A stretch of 64,000 nucleotides of DNA from Dimorphilus gyrociliatus. Its lineage: Eukaryota; Animalia; Annelida. Position 1 is the first letter of the stretch. Each line of letters starts with the position of its first letter. Below the pieces are notes generated by a model. The model saw only the letters and a list, made by a program, of their open reading frames with translations. It did no database searches and was not told the origin of the DNA. The DNA lies in contig CAJFCJ010000003.1 in NCBI GenBank assembly GCA_904063045.1, positions 3,086,504 through 3,150,503 on the forward strand, written 5' to 3'. This document shows, piece after piece, positions 40,867-54,830 of this stretch. The translations under genes and the position numbers were made by a program.

Positions 40867-43800
40867 TTAGGTGGTACAATTTCTATGTCTCCGGCTCCGA
40901 ACATGCTGGCTCATATCATTTTCGTTCGAAAACGAAGCTTTACAGGATGGACAGTAAAATTGACCGCTAGGTAATTTGTAGTTTGCAGTCGATGAATCAC
41001 GTTTATCGTTAGTTGATAGTTTTAAAATAGGATCGATATCTGTTAAGCGAAAGAGACAAGAAATAGAAAAAAAAGCAATTAAGACCAGTAAAAATCGTTT
41101 AGTTAATTTATTCTCGACATACTTACCAACTTTTTCAGTTTTTTGAAGAGATCGAACAATTTTTTTCTGTTCTTCCACAGCCTGCAAATGACTTTGTAAA
41201 CGGACGTGAAATCGAACTGCAGTATCATCATTCAATCGGACGTCGCAGACGATGCAAGCAAACTTTGCACTTTAAAAGAAGAAAAGAGCATTATAAAAGA
41301 CTGTATAAGCAATCAACTTGTTGAATAAAAGCCATAAGAATATGATCAAGTTACAAGTTGAGGGGTAAAAAGGGCAATAAAAACAAAACTACGCTATACA
41401 GGAGCAATTAGGATGCAACCGTAAGCATAATAGACACTTCACTCTCGTCTCAAAGTGCTATGATTGTACTGTAAATGAAATATATTAGAAATAGGTTTAG
41501 GCTGTAGAAAGAAATGATAGATTGGTAGAAAGGGAAAGGGAGGTAAAGAACGACAAAGAGAAGAAAAATAAAAGATAAAGTAGAAATGTATACACACGCA
41601 CATATACATTATATATTATATTAATATATATATGTAGAGAGAGAGTATATATAGAGTATAATTTAAAGGATTCTATAAGACATGCATGCTTATGAACTAA
41701 GTTAGCATTGTTTATTCCCTTCCCATTGAATCTAGCAAGAAGAAACATAGAAAGAAAAGGACTAGGGATTCAGGCGATATTCGAAAGAATAATTGATTTC
41801 AAACACTTTCTCGCCTTAATCAATATTCATTAGCATGATGAAAAAAACTGATCAGTTGATTCCAATTTTTTTCTCTAATGTATAGGGTAGTTTTTTATAT
41901 TGAAATATAAGAAATTCATAAAAAATAAACCAGATTTAAAGCTATTAACATATAGTATCTAAGTCTTTTTCAGTTTTCAAAAGGAAAACATACTTACACT
42001 TATTAATTAGCATTATATTTTGAATTAACTTACTCGCATATACATTTCTTTTGACTGTCTGTTTTCCTTCTTACTTTTCCTTTGGTTCTTTTTGCGTGAT
42101 TTTTACCACCGTAGTGTTGTTGAGCTTGTTTTGTTGAATTGAACGAGACATCACATACGGCACAATATACGTCCGCACTTGGCGTCTTTTCCTGGGGTTT
42201 TTCTTCATTCTATTTGAAAGAGAAAGAGAAGGCCGGATTAAGCGAACGTTTCTATAATCCTCTTATATATCACGACTCAACACAAAGACGTCCCACTCGT
42301 GACCGTCACTTTAGAAGCTTTATTGAGGAAAATGTCATACTGCTTAAAAATCTCAATACTCTTTTTTTCCCGAGATGATTAACTTAGCGAGAAATAGTCT
42401 TTGAAATACTAACTGAGCAGAAATCATCTTTTGTTCTCTCCCTTAAATCGAATCATATGAAAGGAATCAGGTCACGAAAACAAACTATACCCTAACAAAT
42501 TTCCACTGATAGTCTAAAAATTTGTCTATGTACCTATCAGATATTAATACAAACTCTGTAAATATTAAATATTGCTGATACAAAGTTACATAGAGAAACC
42601 AGAGAAATAGATATATAATACATCTACTAAAATAAAAGAGAAAAATGGAATAGAATAAAGAAAGAAGAGGAAACGAATGAAAAATACATGACATTCGTTT
42701 GCTCGTGCTTCTGGATGTAATGGAAATTTTATGCATTAGAGGAAGAATGTTTATTTTATTTGTTTCATGATATATATTTAAGCTCACTCCTCCCTTTTTT
42801 ATTATAATCATTAATAAATATTTCGTAATTTTAGATGGTAATTTTTACTAATTCATTTATTTCACTTAATAACGATTATAGTAATTGGTCATAAACTTTT
42901 ATGTTTTTCAAAAAGATGTGTCTAACAGTGCATGAAACATTCACTAATCGTTTGGAAGCCTTAGTCATAGAAGACAAAGATACAATGCTATAAGAAGATT
43001 CTCTTTCGTTTCTTCCCCTCTTTCCGTTCTCCGAAGACAACTACATAATTTAAAACATTTATATTTCTCTATCGTTTACTTGTAAAAGATGACAACCAGC
43101 TGAACAGATTAAACTTTGTAAGAGTCAACTAGAACAATACTAGGTTGGTATGGCAACAGCTTATACACATTTAATATGCAGGATGATCGATAATTGAAAA
43201 CACGGCAGCACTGAAATGTCTTTTTCTGCTCGACCTCATCTTCCCATTAGCCTCTGGCTAAATAATAGTTTCTTGAAGCTATTAAATAGAATTCTCTTTC
43301 TTAAAACAAGCTGTTCAATATAAGCTTTGCATTTTGTTTATTAAATATATACTTGTCGCTAAATTATTGGACAATGCTAATGGCAACGAAGGCGTAAAAA
43401 ATCCTGTTCAATAAACTCGTAAATAATTCAAACGATTCAGCGTCATCGAAGCAAAGCGTTTAACATCAGGAGTAAGAATGATCTTCATTCTATTCTTAGT
43501 AGTTAATTTCTCTTCAAATGTCGACAGTTGGCTAACGGTAACACTCAACCAGACTAAATACTGTATTGGCAGTCGGAATTTAATCAGGCCTCGTTATACG
43601 TCTACAAAGCTCCTCGAATCGGAATGGACGCTTTGGATAGGCGCTTCTCAACAAGCCTCCTTACACAAGAAAGCATTCGATGGCAATGAACTTTCATATA
43701 TGAAACGACAAAATATATTTTCTGCTGACAGCGATTTATCTTATTGTGTACCACTTGAAATTATTGACAGGACTGTGTCAGTAAAAGCTAGGAATCTAAA

Positions 43801-45269
43801 CAATATATCCGTTGTGCTCAAAGGGGAAAATTTAGATACCGGACTCTGTCAAGATTTTTACGTTTATAATCGTTTATCAAGTAGAATCGAAGAGGGAAGA
43901 GAGATAACAACTAATAAACTCTGCAGAAATACTAACTACCACTTAAAAAATGACTTGATTACTTGTCAATATAAATGTACCGGTTATATAGATTCTCTTA
44001 GGTTTAACACTGTTTTTGAACCTGCTGTAGCTTCTAAATTAAGATTATGTAAAATCTCTGTTGAGTAGTTTTACTTTATACTGTATAATATTGTTTGGCG
44101 AAATAAGAATGATAGAAAGAAGACATAAATGTATGTATACTGTTTCTTTATCTAATATAGTAATGGTTTTTGAAGTGATTCATCCTAATTGAGTGTCTTC
44201 GAAAAAATCCCTGGAAATGCGTCTAAAATGAGGTGAGAGAGCTACCTGTTCCGGTTTGATATTGCTACTAATTTAATTGTTTGACAATCAAGTTCCGGGT
44301 TATTTAAGCAAACAATACAGATGCTATAAAAATTATAAATCATTCATGCTAATGGATTTTTTTCAAGTTTCGCCGATTAGTTTGAGTAATTTATAAAGAA
44401 TCGGTAAAAGTACCGCAAATTGACCACGAGCTAGGAAGTTTTCGGTTAACGATTCTACCATTTGTCTTCTTTAATGTTTCACGCATCTGTGCTTGTCGAT
44501 AACTTCTTTCTCACTTGTAAAACTTTTCAGTAAATATATACATAGATTTTCTTTCCTTCCTTCCCTTTTTAAGTCTGTATTTCGAAATATCCTTCCGCTT
44601 TTAATTTTCATATCAAAGGAAGTATCATGTGATTACATTTCCCTTTGCATTTTTCATTTTCTCTCTATCAGTTTTGACTTTGAATATGTTTCATGATTAG
44701 GACTCTGCCATTTAGACTAAGTATATACTAATATATATATATATATATATATATTTCTTTCTTCTCTTTACACCTTAATTTTAACTTTTTATATTAAATT
44801 CCTTTTATTATTATTAAAGAATACAATTTATAAAAAACAGTAAATAAATGAAAAAATTTAGACAAATTACTGTCAGTAAGAATAATTAGACGAGAATTTT
44901 TGTTTTTCTTGTATTTAGCAACTTGTTTTTTTTGTCAGTCTCATCTCTAGTTTCACTAGTTGAAAGATTACAAGACTTTATATTAGTCTAAACACCTTTT
45001 CAACCTACTTTGTTATTCTGTTTGTCAAGAAGACCAAATCGATATTTGAACAAATTTATTCGCTTTTATGCCTGGTGTATTTAACAGATAGAGTTAATGG
45101 GTTCAGAATCCCCTGATATGTAATATCAAGGGAATAATGAGGCTTAATCGAGGTTACTTTTCGAATATTCTAAGAAATAAGCTAATCATTCTGTTTAACA
45201 GCGGATAAAAATCTTCGGATTTAGAATGTATACTTTTCTACTATCTTCAGCATTAAAAGAAGCTTCATT

Positions 45270-45334
<65 letters not shown>

Positions 45335-48300
45335 ACAAAAACCATATACTGTAGTTATGTCTATGTATTTAATATGAATACTACATGCATTTTTAAATAT
45401 GCATTTTTCTACTGAAATGAGTGTCTGCTGTCAGAATTTTTCATTACACCTACTTTTTACTAATGTAATACATTCCCTCTTGTACGACATTTCTCTGCTT
45501 TTCTTTCTGCAATTCGCTGTGGTTCACCTATATTTACTTAGTTTATTAACTAATTTAAATTGTCTGAAAAGATGAAACTACAGACAGAAATATAAATAAT
45601 ACAACAGAAAACGTACTAACTGGGAAATTTCATTCACTTAGTCATAACATAGTGATTAAGCTCTTCTTTCATAATTGAAAAGGAAAAGGAAAGGAAATGA
45701 TTACCTGTTTACAGGACGATTTATACTTAATCTAAGGGAAAATTAACGAGATACCTTACCTATTCATTTATCTTTTAATAAATTATACCAAATAGATAGC
45801 ATATAACTAAAATAATAACCTAGTAACATAGAAACTAGGATTTTAACTGAAAAGTCCATCTATTTTTATATCTATTTACAATAGTTTAGTAGGTAACAAA
45901 AAGAACATAACCAGTAAATATTACATTATTAAAAAGTAGTAATAAAAGCAATATTATAGCACGTATCATAAATGTCTATAATTTATATGTTTATTGCATC
46001 TTAGAATCCAGTTGAGAAGCATAATTTGTTTTTACGTTCTATTTTATATAAAGGATGTGAAAAAGGAAAAAGGTATATCTAAATAAATTAGCAGAAATTA
46101 TCTTTAGGTTATTATATTTCAGTGGTAACGTGTTGAATTGGCAAGATTCTTGGAATTTATTACTTTCTTCGAAATTGAAAGAAATTAATATTTTTTTACT
46201 CTTTCCAGTCTTAGTAGTTTTTTTCCCCTACTCTTTGTTTAGTCTTAAGGAAAGACAAATATACAGTAAGAATGAATGAAAGAGAATGAAAAAGTAATAA
46301 AATAAAGTAGAGAGATTTACAATACGTGAGAAGAAAGCAGGTTTAAGCTAAAGTTCTTGTATAATCAAACTGTTGTCAAGTGATAAGGGTAGTAATAAGG
46401 GGATCGTACATTTATTAGATTTATTTGGTGTTCATTTTCTACTAATAACATGGTTGCCAACCTACAAACACTCTCAGTTGTTTAGTGTCACTGGGAACAT
46501 CGGATTTAATGGTAAGGTACTGCGCTATTATGTAACTTTTGCGCTAGTTATTAGCTATAAGAAACCTTAAAAGCCTTCAACACGCTGGTTAATCATCGTA
46601 AAAATTACGAGATAATACCGGCAGAGTGTCACAAGTCTGTGCTATAAGGCGTCACTCAGAGGAATAAACTTCACAATAAGCGTCCAATAATTTTTTTTCG
46701 TAGGACTGCTAAGTTTTTTTCCATAATTTACTCTAATAATTATTGGTTTATTATTTTTTATATTTTCTACAACAAGGTCATTAACACCTGGTACTATTAA
46801 TTTTCTTTGATTTTTTTACAACTTATGCCCTCCCGAATGAACTAAACTATGCGTTTATTAGACGTTTGTTATGATATATATGAGAATATAAAAAAGGACG
46901 AATAAATATCTTGAGAGATATTCTTACCAATTATTTATTTGATTTTCTTTTTCGTGCTAAATTCTAACTCTTCAACTGCTAAAAATAAGCTAACAAATGA
47001 ACAGAACATATGGGAGTAATGTTTAAGCAGGAGACGATATACATTTAGTTTCCAACGCTGTTTAAAGTCCATTTGATCAAAGAATCTACTAGGGAATATA
47101 AGAATTTCCATGAGATAGTTACAGATGGTTAAATAAATGGAAAACAGACGAAAGGAAAAATGAAAAAAACGTAGAAATTTCTAATTTACATAAATTTTTT
47201 TCTTTCATTTTTGCCCAAAAAAGATTGGTTAATGAAGAACGATTAAATTGATTTCATTACACGGTCTCATTAGCGTCTCATTTGTCAATTCCATTTTCTG
47301 TATTGCACGTCATTGCATCTTAATTAAGTGGAAAGGGATGACAAAGGTAGGAGACAAATTCTACATCTTCAACGCTCTAATTTTTAATATAAAAATTCTT
47401 AATGGCATAGAGAAGAGTTTTGTTGATAGATTGGTAGTTTTAGTATTAAAGTATTACATCTCCTTCACTAGGATTATTCTGAGGAAAGGAAAAAATAAGA
47501 AAAGGGTCTATAATAGAAGAAAGAGAAGGAAGGAAGATGTTAGTTTCTGATTAAATTAGTCTCATTAAGTGTTCTACAACCGGCTTGTCAATTAGATTTC
47601 GTTTCTCTGTATAAAGCGACAGATTCCATTCAGCCTTAATAGAAACACCGTTATGTGTCGGCAAGCTAAAAGCAAAACCAGTCTGCATCTTAAAAGATCG
47701 ATGGGAATTTTTTAAGCCCGCCAGTCTCAAACCTTTCAAGTTTCTCTTTTATAGAAAATTGACGACTTAAAAAAAGCTGTTGAAAATGTACTTATAATTT
47801 TCATAATACTCGGTATAGCAGCTGCTCTATCGAATTTTCTATAAAACAATGTAATTTTTTACTAATAACGATTTTGCATGTTTGAAATAGAAAGTTACTA
47901 AATTCAAACCTTTTGCCAACTCTTTATGTCTTATTTACTTTATATATTAATGATGTTACATTCATATATATGTATACAGTATATTTATATATAATTAATT
48001 CTTGTCAAACATATTTTACTTATCTAAAATAAAAAGTCAATCAATTCCTCCTTATAGTATTTTAAGAGCCTCTGTATCAATATAAGTACCAGTTTTTAAA
48101 CAATATTTTCAATTTAACTGCTACTATATAGTAATAGCTCATATTATAAATAGCTATCTTCTCTCATAATCAATCGCTATTAATCGCTGTTCTTCGGCAT
48201 ATTTAACAGAAGAGAAGCTTTTTTTCGCCATGATTAATATATTTTAATCATTTATATAGGCTTTCACTCTGGCATTTTCTGTTACATAGTTAAAATCTGT

Positions 48301-50856
48301 TGGTATATGTCCTTCTCAGATAATTAGTTTGACTTTCATATGTGCGGTAACATCAAAGGGAAAATAAAAGAGAAGTAACATACTTTAACACTATTATTCT
48401 ATACCCAAAAAATTAAATAATTTCCTTTTTTTCCCTTCTGTCACCTTTCTTCATTCTCTATTTATTTTTTTTTTCGTTTCTATTCCAATTCCCTTCATCC
48501 TGGTTATTAATTATGAAACGTGAGGATTAGCTACAAATTCCTATGGTCTTCATTGAACCTTTAAATTAGGGTTTACGTACTCTTATTCTATCATTAAAAT
48601 ATCCCCATAAGGTATCCATACGGTTTGACATGTTTTGAAGGAAAATAAATCTAAACTGTAAAATCCTTTATTTATGAAAAGAGTAGAGGAAAAAATGCTC
48701 TTTTCTTCTATTCTATGCCAAAAGAGTCTCCTTGATAAATGTTAAGAAAATAAAGATTATCCTTCAATTTCGAACACATTTACTGTTTGTCTAAAACCAT
48801 TTTATCCTTTAGTGTACTGACTTTTTACCACAGACAATACAAAATAAAAATAGCAAAGTAAGTTTTGCACATGTTTACCACATAACCTGCTGACACATCA
48901 AATTTTTTATTGAAATTTATCTCCCTATATTTTTAAGTTAAGTTATAAATCATATAGATGTATGAAATTGATTTCAGAATAGATTATCTGCAGAAAGTTA
49001 GCGTTTCATTGATTTAACTAATATATAACATATACATACTGCATATCTATGCATTTGTATAAATATATTAATATTAAATATATATATATATATATATACA
49101 GTATATTTGATATATACATTTGTACAGTACATATATATATATATATATATATATTTTTGCAATGGTGCATAAGAGAGTGTATATATTCATTAAGGAAAAA
49201 TATATTGACTTATAAGAAATTTTGTGTTTAAAAAAAAAATAAAGTAAAGAACTTGTAAAGAAAAACCTATGCACGTGTTCAGCACGCTCCGTTTCGCCCT
49301 CTTCCTATGGTTTTTATGCAAGTAAAAAGAAACTCGGTCTGTATCTTTATAGTCGAATGTTTTCGGCAGGTGTGCATTGCAGCCTTCTGCTAAAAGGTCG
49401 TTAGCAAACGGTCAGGTGAAAGCGGGCCTATTAGTAAATTATAGCGTAGAAAAATCGAATTATTCGCAATTAGTCGTGCAGAGAATTTAATGCTGTTAGC
49501 AAATATTTGAAAAATTTCCACTCTTCTATGTCAAATCAATAGGATAGAACTGCTGGTCTATTCCCATGATTTATAACTGATACGAATTAATTAATGTTTT
49601 CCTTCCTTCTCTACTAGTGTTATAATCCCACGAACAGATATAATTTTTGCTCAAGTAAATAAATAAATAAAGCCCGAGTAAAACGGGTCTGAAAATAGAT
49701 GGTCGATTTAATAACCCATTCACGCATCACGCCAACAGATCAACTTAATTTCTCATCTATTCATAGTACCGTATACACGATAAATTTTTGTACATTTACT
49801 TTATAGTTCCGCTATTTATAGAATAAAGTATATATACTAAACAATACCTTATATACATATACAGTATATCTGTATATATAGAGAGAGCTTTGTCTTATTA
49901 TGCTTTATGTGTAAAAGCGTCTATGCCTATTTTTGCCAATGTTCTCGCTACAATTATTATGTTCATCTAATTTTTCTCTTTATGAAAATTTCCCAATTTA
50001 TTATATATTTTCCAGTTCAAATTACTCAACCCTAAAATACAAGTCCTGACTGTTAAATAGAATTAATTGCAGTAGGGTAAACTTTGACAATTGAAAAAGA
50101 AAGTATGAAGAAACGTCTCGTTGTACTGCTAACCTTTTTATGCAGATAACAGTAACGCCCATGGCATGATAATGCTTGGCAGGGGACTGTTATGATCAAT
50201 CACATAAAAGTCTAATTCATTAATTATTCATCCGTAGAGGGAATTTATCACTATTCATAGCATTGTATCTTTCTGATAAATATAAATTAAGCCCACCTTT
50301 TTGCTTTTATTAAAGTATGGACTACGCAGTGCATTTGTTGGTAATTTTAATAAATTATATTAATATTCTACGGATCTCTAATGGATTTTGATATATAATT
50401 TTATTACTTGTTATTATTACCATATTGGATTTATGATGTAAATAAAAAGAAATATCTAACATAGTCAGTTAACGTGTTTGCAAACCCTCTCCTATATTTG
50501 ATTTCACTGATGCCTAATTGATTTGGCTACGAATCGATTGATCGCAAACAAAGTTCCCAAGTAACATAATGTTGTGAAATACGTTTATTACTGGTAATAT
50601 CCAAAGAAATAACAAAATAAGGCAACGTTCCTCAACTGACCATTTTAAATAGTTCTTTCCTTCTTTTTTTTCTTTTTTTTTCTCTTGGCAAACAAAGTTG
50701 ATATAAAGTTTCTAATTTTTTCAATCAAAAATGTATACCTTTTCACTTTATACACAATATAGTTTGTTTCTTTTTACTTCTCTATGTACAACACAGATTG
50801 TCTTGTAAAAAAAAGTTATGCACTTTTTACGATCTACAGAATGGTATATGTATAAT

Positions 50857-50894
<38 letters not shown>

Positions 50895-52061
50895 AATTTT
50901 CATAAACAGATTATATATAACAGCTTCTCGTTGCATCCTAATTCAGCTTTTGTATAGAAAAACAACTTGTCTAGCATGACAAACAATTTACAAGATGACT
51001 ATTTAAAATTCCTAGCGGTTATGCACTCTTATTAGTATTCTAATGAGATTTCCTTCCTTCTTAACAATAAACTCGCAATTAGTAAATTCTCAACAAAAGT
51101 AACATTTCCTATTTCCGAGTGAACAGTAGATTTTTTTAACGGGCATTTTACAAAGGAAAATGTAAAATTGTGGTAAGTTGATTACTCTAATTGATAGTAC
51201 ATGCTTGGCATTTAAAAGCGTCATTCAGTCGATTGGCTCATTTATTTCAGCTTTGCATAAAGGAAAAAGTACAGTTTGAAGTTTCTCAGAATAAAGGCCT
51301 AATTAATGAAATCGATTTTCATCAAGTCACTCTAAACTTACCTTATTTAATAACTTTGTAGTTGCTTCGTGAAGTCTAACACGTTTTGCGTGATTTTTTC
51401 CTTCATAATGTTGCTTAGCCTGAGCTGGAGCGTTTAAACTAACTCTGCAAACATTGCAATAGAGAGGTTCATCGTCCGATTTCCTCTTTGAGGGTCTTCT
51501 CTGGTTTATCGAAAGAAGAGGAGGAGTAGTTGGCAATCCTGCATTTGAAACATCAGTCTGCTTATAATAAGTCGAGCGAAGAAAGATTTAGAGATAAGAA
51601 TGGCACCTGTTTGTCAATGTTAGATTTGTGGAGAGAGAAATAAGTTTTTGTTTCCACATCTAACGGAAAGATGAGAATAATATTTCTTTTTCTCTAAGCA
51701 TTTCCCCTTCTTTTTCTACATCTTTTTCTCCTAAGTAAAGTGATATGTAAAGTAGCCTAAAGCTATACGCTAGTGCCATATTGCGAATAACTGGTTAGAA
51801 TTTGTTTACTTTTTGATTACGCAATTTTTATATTTAAGTCATGCGGATTCAATTGTGCCGCAAAGGCGATACGTCACTCTCAATTAAATGTAACCTATAA
51901 GCAGCTTTTTTGAGAATTTGATGAAATTGACTTTGTTGCGGTGTTCTGACTTATTTTCTATGTTGCAGAAATTTTGTATATTCTAAACGAGAAAAAACAT
52001 ACGAAATTGGAAAAGAGAAAATAAAATAAGACAGAGAAATAAAGCGAGAGAGAAAGAGGGA

Positions 52062-52092
<31 letters not shown>

Positions 52093-54492
52093 CGATAAAG
52101 GGAGAGAGAAAGAGAGTAAGAGAGGGTTAGGTATATTTAAATTGAAAGAATATTCAATTTCACGATTTTGCGTGTTCTAGTAACAGAGAAAATATTTAAA
52201 ATATTCTGGAATCTCTGTTAATGAAACAAAGACAAATTCAACTAGGCTTTTCATAAACATTTATGAATAAATTATCAAATAATAATTATAATATTTTAGT
52301 TAAAAATGCATATTGCAATTACTAGTGGGCAATTAATAGTGGGCAATTAATAGTGGGCAATTTATTGCGCAATATACGAATATATACTAATATATATATA
52401 TATATATATATAGATAGATACTTCGCTTTGTATACATTTGTTGTAACGTATTTATACGTTTAATCTTGATTAATGATAGCAATAGGGCGAATCTTTGCGC
52501 ACCTTTCTCAACCTGTTCTGACGTAACATATTACGAATATTTATTTTCAGCAAAACGTTAAAACTAAGCTTCTTACTTAGCTTAAAAGAGCAGTTGGTTG
52601 GCTTCATTCATTTGGCTTCATTCATTTCATCATCTTTAAGAAAAATCTATATGCTATGTACAATCTGCGTGTACCTTAATAACAATACAGAATTTTACAA
52701 TCGGATATAAATTATCTATATTGCTCATGAAATCATATATATAGAGTATATACTAATATATATATATGCAGTATGTATACTGTATATGCAGTATATATAT
52801 ATATATAATTTCTCACTTATTTTGCATGTTCACCGCTATTAGTATTAATGAAAACTTTATACTGCTTTTCTGATTTCGTACTTTTCATTCCAGGTTTCTG
52901 TATAAACTTAGGAGAACATTTGCGATTTATTTATCCCAATCAAATTGTAAGTTTAACCTTCATCTAATACTGGCCACTAGGGTAGTATACTCCACTTGAA
53001 TATTAATGAAACTCGATTAATGGAGTTATTGTCACTTGTTTCGGAATGGTAAATGGATAAGGATTATGAAAATTTTAATTTTTTTATAATAAACCTTTAC
53101 TCTGTACAATAAATCTTCATTCATAAATAAACTATTTCCTTTTTTTTCAGCAGATATATCATTTACAGCTTAGCCTACTTATATTCTTAGTGATTAAAAA
53201 CCAATTTCAGTTTAATAGAGATATTGTATTTTCTACCCTAATTAATATTTGTCTATGCTAACAATGTGTACTAACATTTAAAAAGGATGTTGCATTATGC
53301 AAAGTGAGGACCTATGACATGACCTAAAATCAACTCATAAATATTGATAAAGCCAACCAGCTATTTCAAAAAACCTTTGGGGAATATACTATCTATGGTA
53401 ATAGTAGCTCTTATCTACCTCTCTACCGCTAACACGTTTGTATATTTGACTTATAGGCGCAGTTTGTTTTGCAGTCGGCCACTTGCGAAGCCACCTGATA
53501 TCTAGCTACTGCAAAGCGATTAAGTCACGTTATCTTTTCGCCGAGTAAAAACTTAAGAAGATAGAAATTTTTTTTAATATCTCTAAAAACAAAAAAAATC
53601 TGGACTGGTGAGTTAGAAAACAACGGTTAGACATTTATATATAGAAAGAGGTTTGCTCATTCTATATTCATAATTTAATAAATACAACGAAACAAATACG
53701 AATTTGTAAGTTGTATTTGCATAAAAGAGTGGGAAAAATTTTTAATACGGAAGATAAACATTTTTTGGGGTTAGAAATAAAAAACAAGAATAAAATCAGA
53801 AGGATCTTGTCGAAAAAAAATGAGATAATAATCCAAGGGAGCAGGTTCTATACGAAAATAAAGAGACATTTTACATCCTCTTTCGTCTTTTAACCTTTTT
53901 CTATGTTTGTCTATATATATATATATACACAGTATATACATATATACATTATATATATACCTCTCTCTTTCTCTTTCATTCGCTCTCCCTATTCCTATTT
54001 CACTTTTTAATTTTGATGCTATTAATAATATTTATTCATTTTTCCTTTCATTTAAGGTAAAAGGAAGCGTTATAAAGGTATTTACAAAGAAAAAAGGTTT
54101 AAAATTAATGACCAGAAGTGCTTGATACTCTAACTTCCGCGAAAGGTTTGCAAATTATAAAATTGTTATTTATATTCGAGTATTTTTTTCCATTATGGCG
54201 GGAAATAAATAAACAAAGATGAGATAAAAAAAAAAGAATAAGTTGAAAAAAGGCTAAACAAATGAAAAGAAAAAAGTTGATGAGTTTTGATATCTTCTTT
54301 TCTTTTATATATATTTCCCCCTTGAAAGTAAACTTTACTCTAGACTGATAGTCATCTTCGTTTCTTATATTAACAAGAAGAAATGAAAGTAAACCTACCT
54401 GGAAAAACAAACCGACTAGGTAGTAATAGAGTCGGCGTCGGCCGTCTTTGCAGAAAAAAGAAATCGGAAGCGGGTAACGGCGCCGTTATCAT
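40867..54492 (-). CDS. Matrin-type (U1-like C2H2) zinc-finger protein, ZMAT3/ZMAT4/ZNF346-like, ~244 aa, join(complement 54399..54492, 51342..51538, 42075..42209, 41127..41262, 40867..41039)
   Basis: Four fingers: YCNVCRVSLNAPAQAKQHYEGKNH, YCAVCDVSFNSTKQAQQHYGGKNH, CIVCDVRLNDDTAVRFHVRLQSH, YCPSCKASFSNENDMSQHVRSRRH. Donors CCAG|GTAGGT, AAG|GTAAGT, AAA|GTAAGA, TTG|GTAAGT; phases 1,0,0,1 are consistent. Exon 1 assignment and the exon 4 acceptor (41262 vs 41269) are less certain; extra exons in the 9 kb intron are possible. Confidence 0.86.
43478..44068 (+). CDS. Intronless 196-aa predicted secreted Cys-containing protein, nested antisense in ZMAT intron 2
   Basis: 591-nt ATG-initiated ORF, far too long for chance in this AT-rich DNA. 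Hydrophobic N-terminus MIFILFLVVNFSSNVDS, 7 Cys, NQT and NIS sequons. No family recognised. Confidence 0.75.
   Translation: MIFILFLVVNFSSNVDSWLTVTLNQTKYCIGSRNLIRPRYTSTKLLESEWTLWIGASQQASLHKKAFDGNELSYMKRQNIFSADSDLSYCVPLEIIDRTVSVKARNLNNISVVLKGENLDTGLCQDFYVYNRLSSRIEEGREITTNKLCRNTNYHLKNDLITCQYKCTGYIDSLRFNTVFEPAVASKLRLCKISVE
45273..45328. repeat. (TC)28 microsatellite
   Basis: Direct reading. Confidence 0.95.
52323..52364. repeat. 14-bp tandem repeat x3 (TAGTGGGCAATTAA)
   Basis: Two perfect units and one with a single mismatch, abutting the palindrome ATTGCGCAAT (52364-73). Confidence 0.9.
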
Positions 54493-54699
54493 GCGTCCAA
54501 TTCCGCGCGAGTTCTGCTTTGAACATTTAAACTGGCTCCTCCTTTCGGCGAAAATTTATATTAAATTTTTGATTCGACGGAGTCAGTAACCTGTCTGATA
54601 GCAGGTGTACGACGTCTCCTAGGAATCTGTCGTTCTTTACCAGGTATTTCTGGTGTATCTTCAGAACCGCCTGCACTCTGGGGAGACGTCTAAAAGCGT

Positions 54700-54830
54700 C
54701 TAACGTCACTTACAATAAAAAACAATGGGACGGAAGTTAGGCGATTTTCGAATTCGCTAAGCCTATAGCTTAGCAATAACGAAACGGATATTTGCAGGCG
54801 GAAGTTGCAGCGTTTAGGGTCGATTTTCCA
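54700..54830 (-). promoter_or_regulatory. Likely ZMAT promoter (CpG-rich, two ETS-type CGGAAGT sites)
   Basis: CGGAAGT at 54731-37 and 54799-805 in a CpG-rich island about 250 bp upstream of the modelled ATG (54492). Confidence 0.45.

Noticed and set aside
41040-41126. 87-nt stop-free in-frame ZMAT intron that would add a hydrophobic segment if retained
   Set aside because: Strong GTAAGT donor; the hydrophobicity simply reflects the translated pyrimidine tract.
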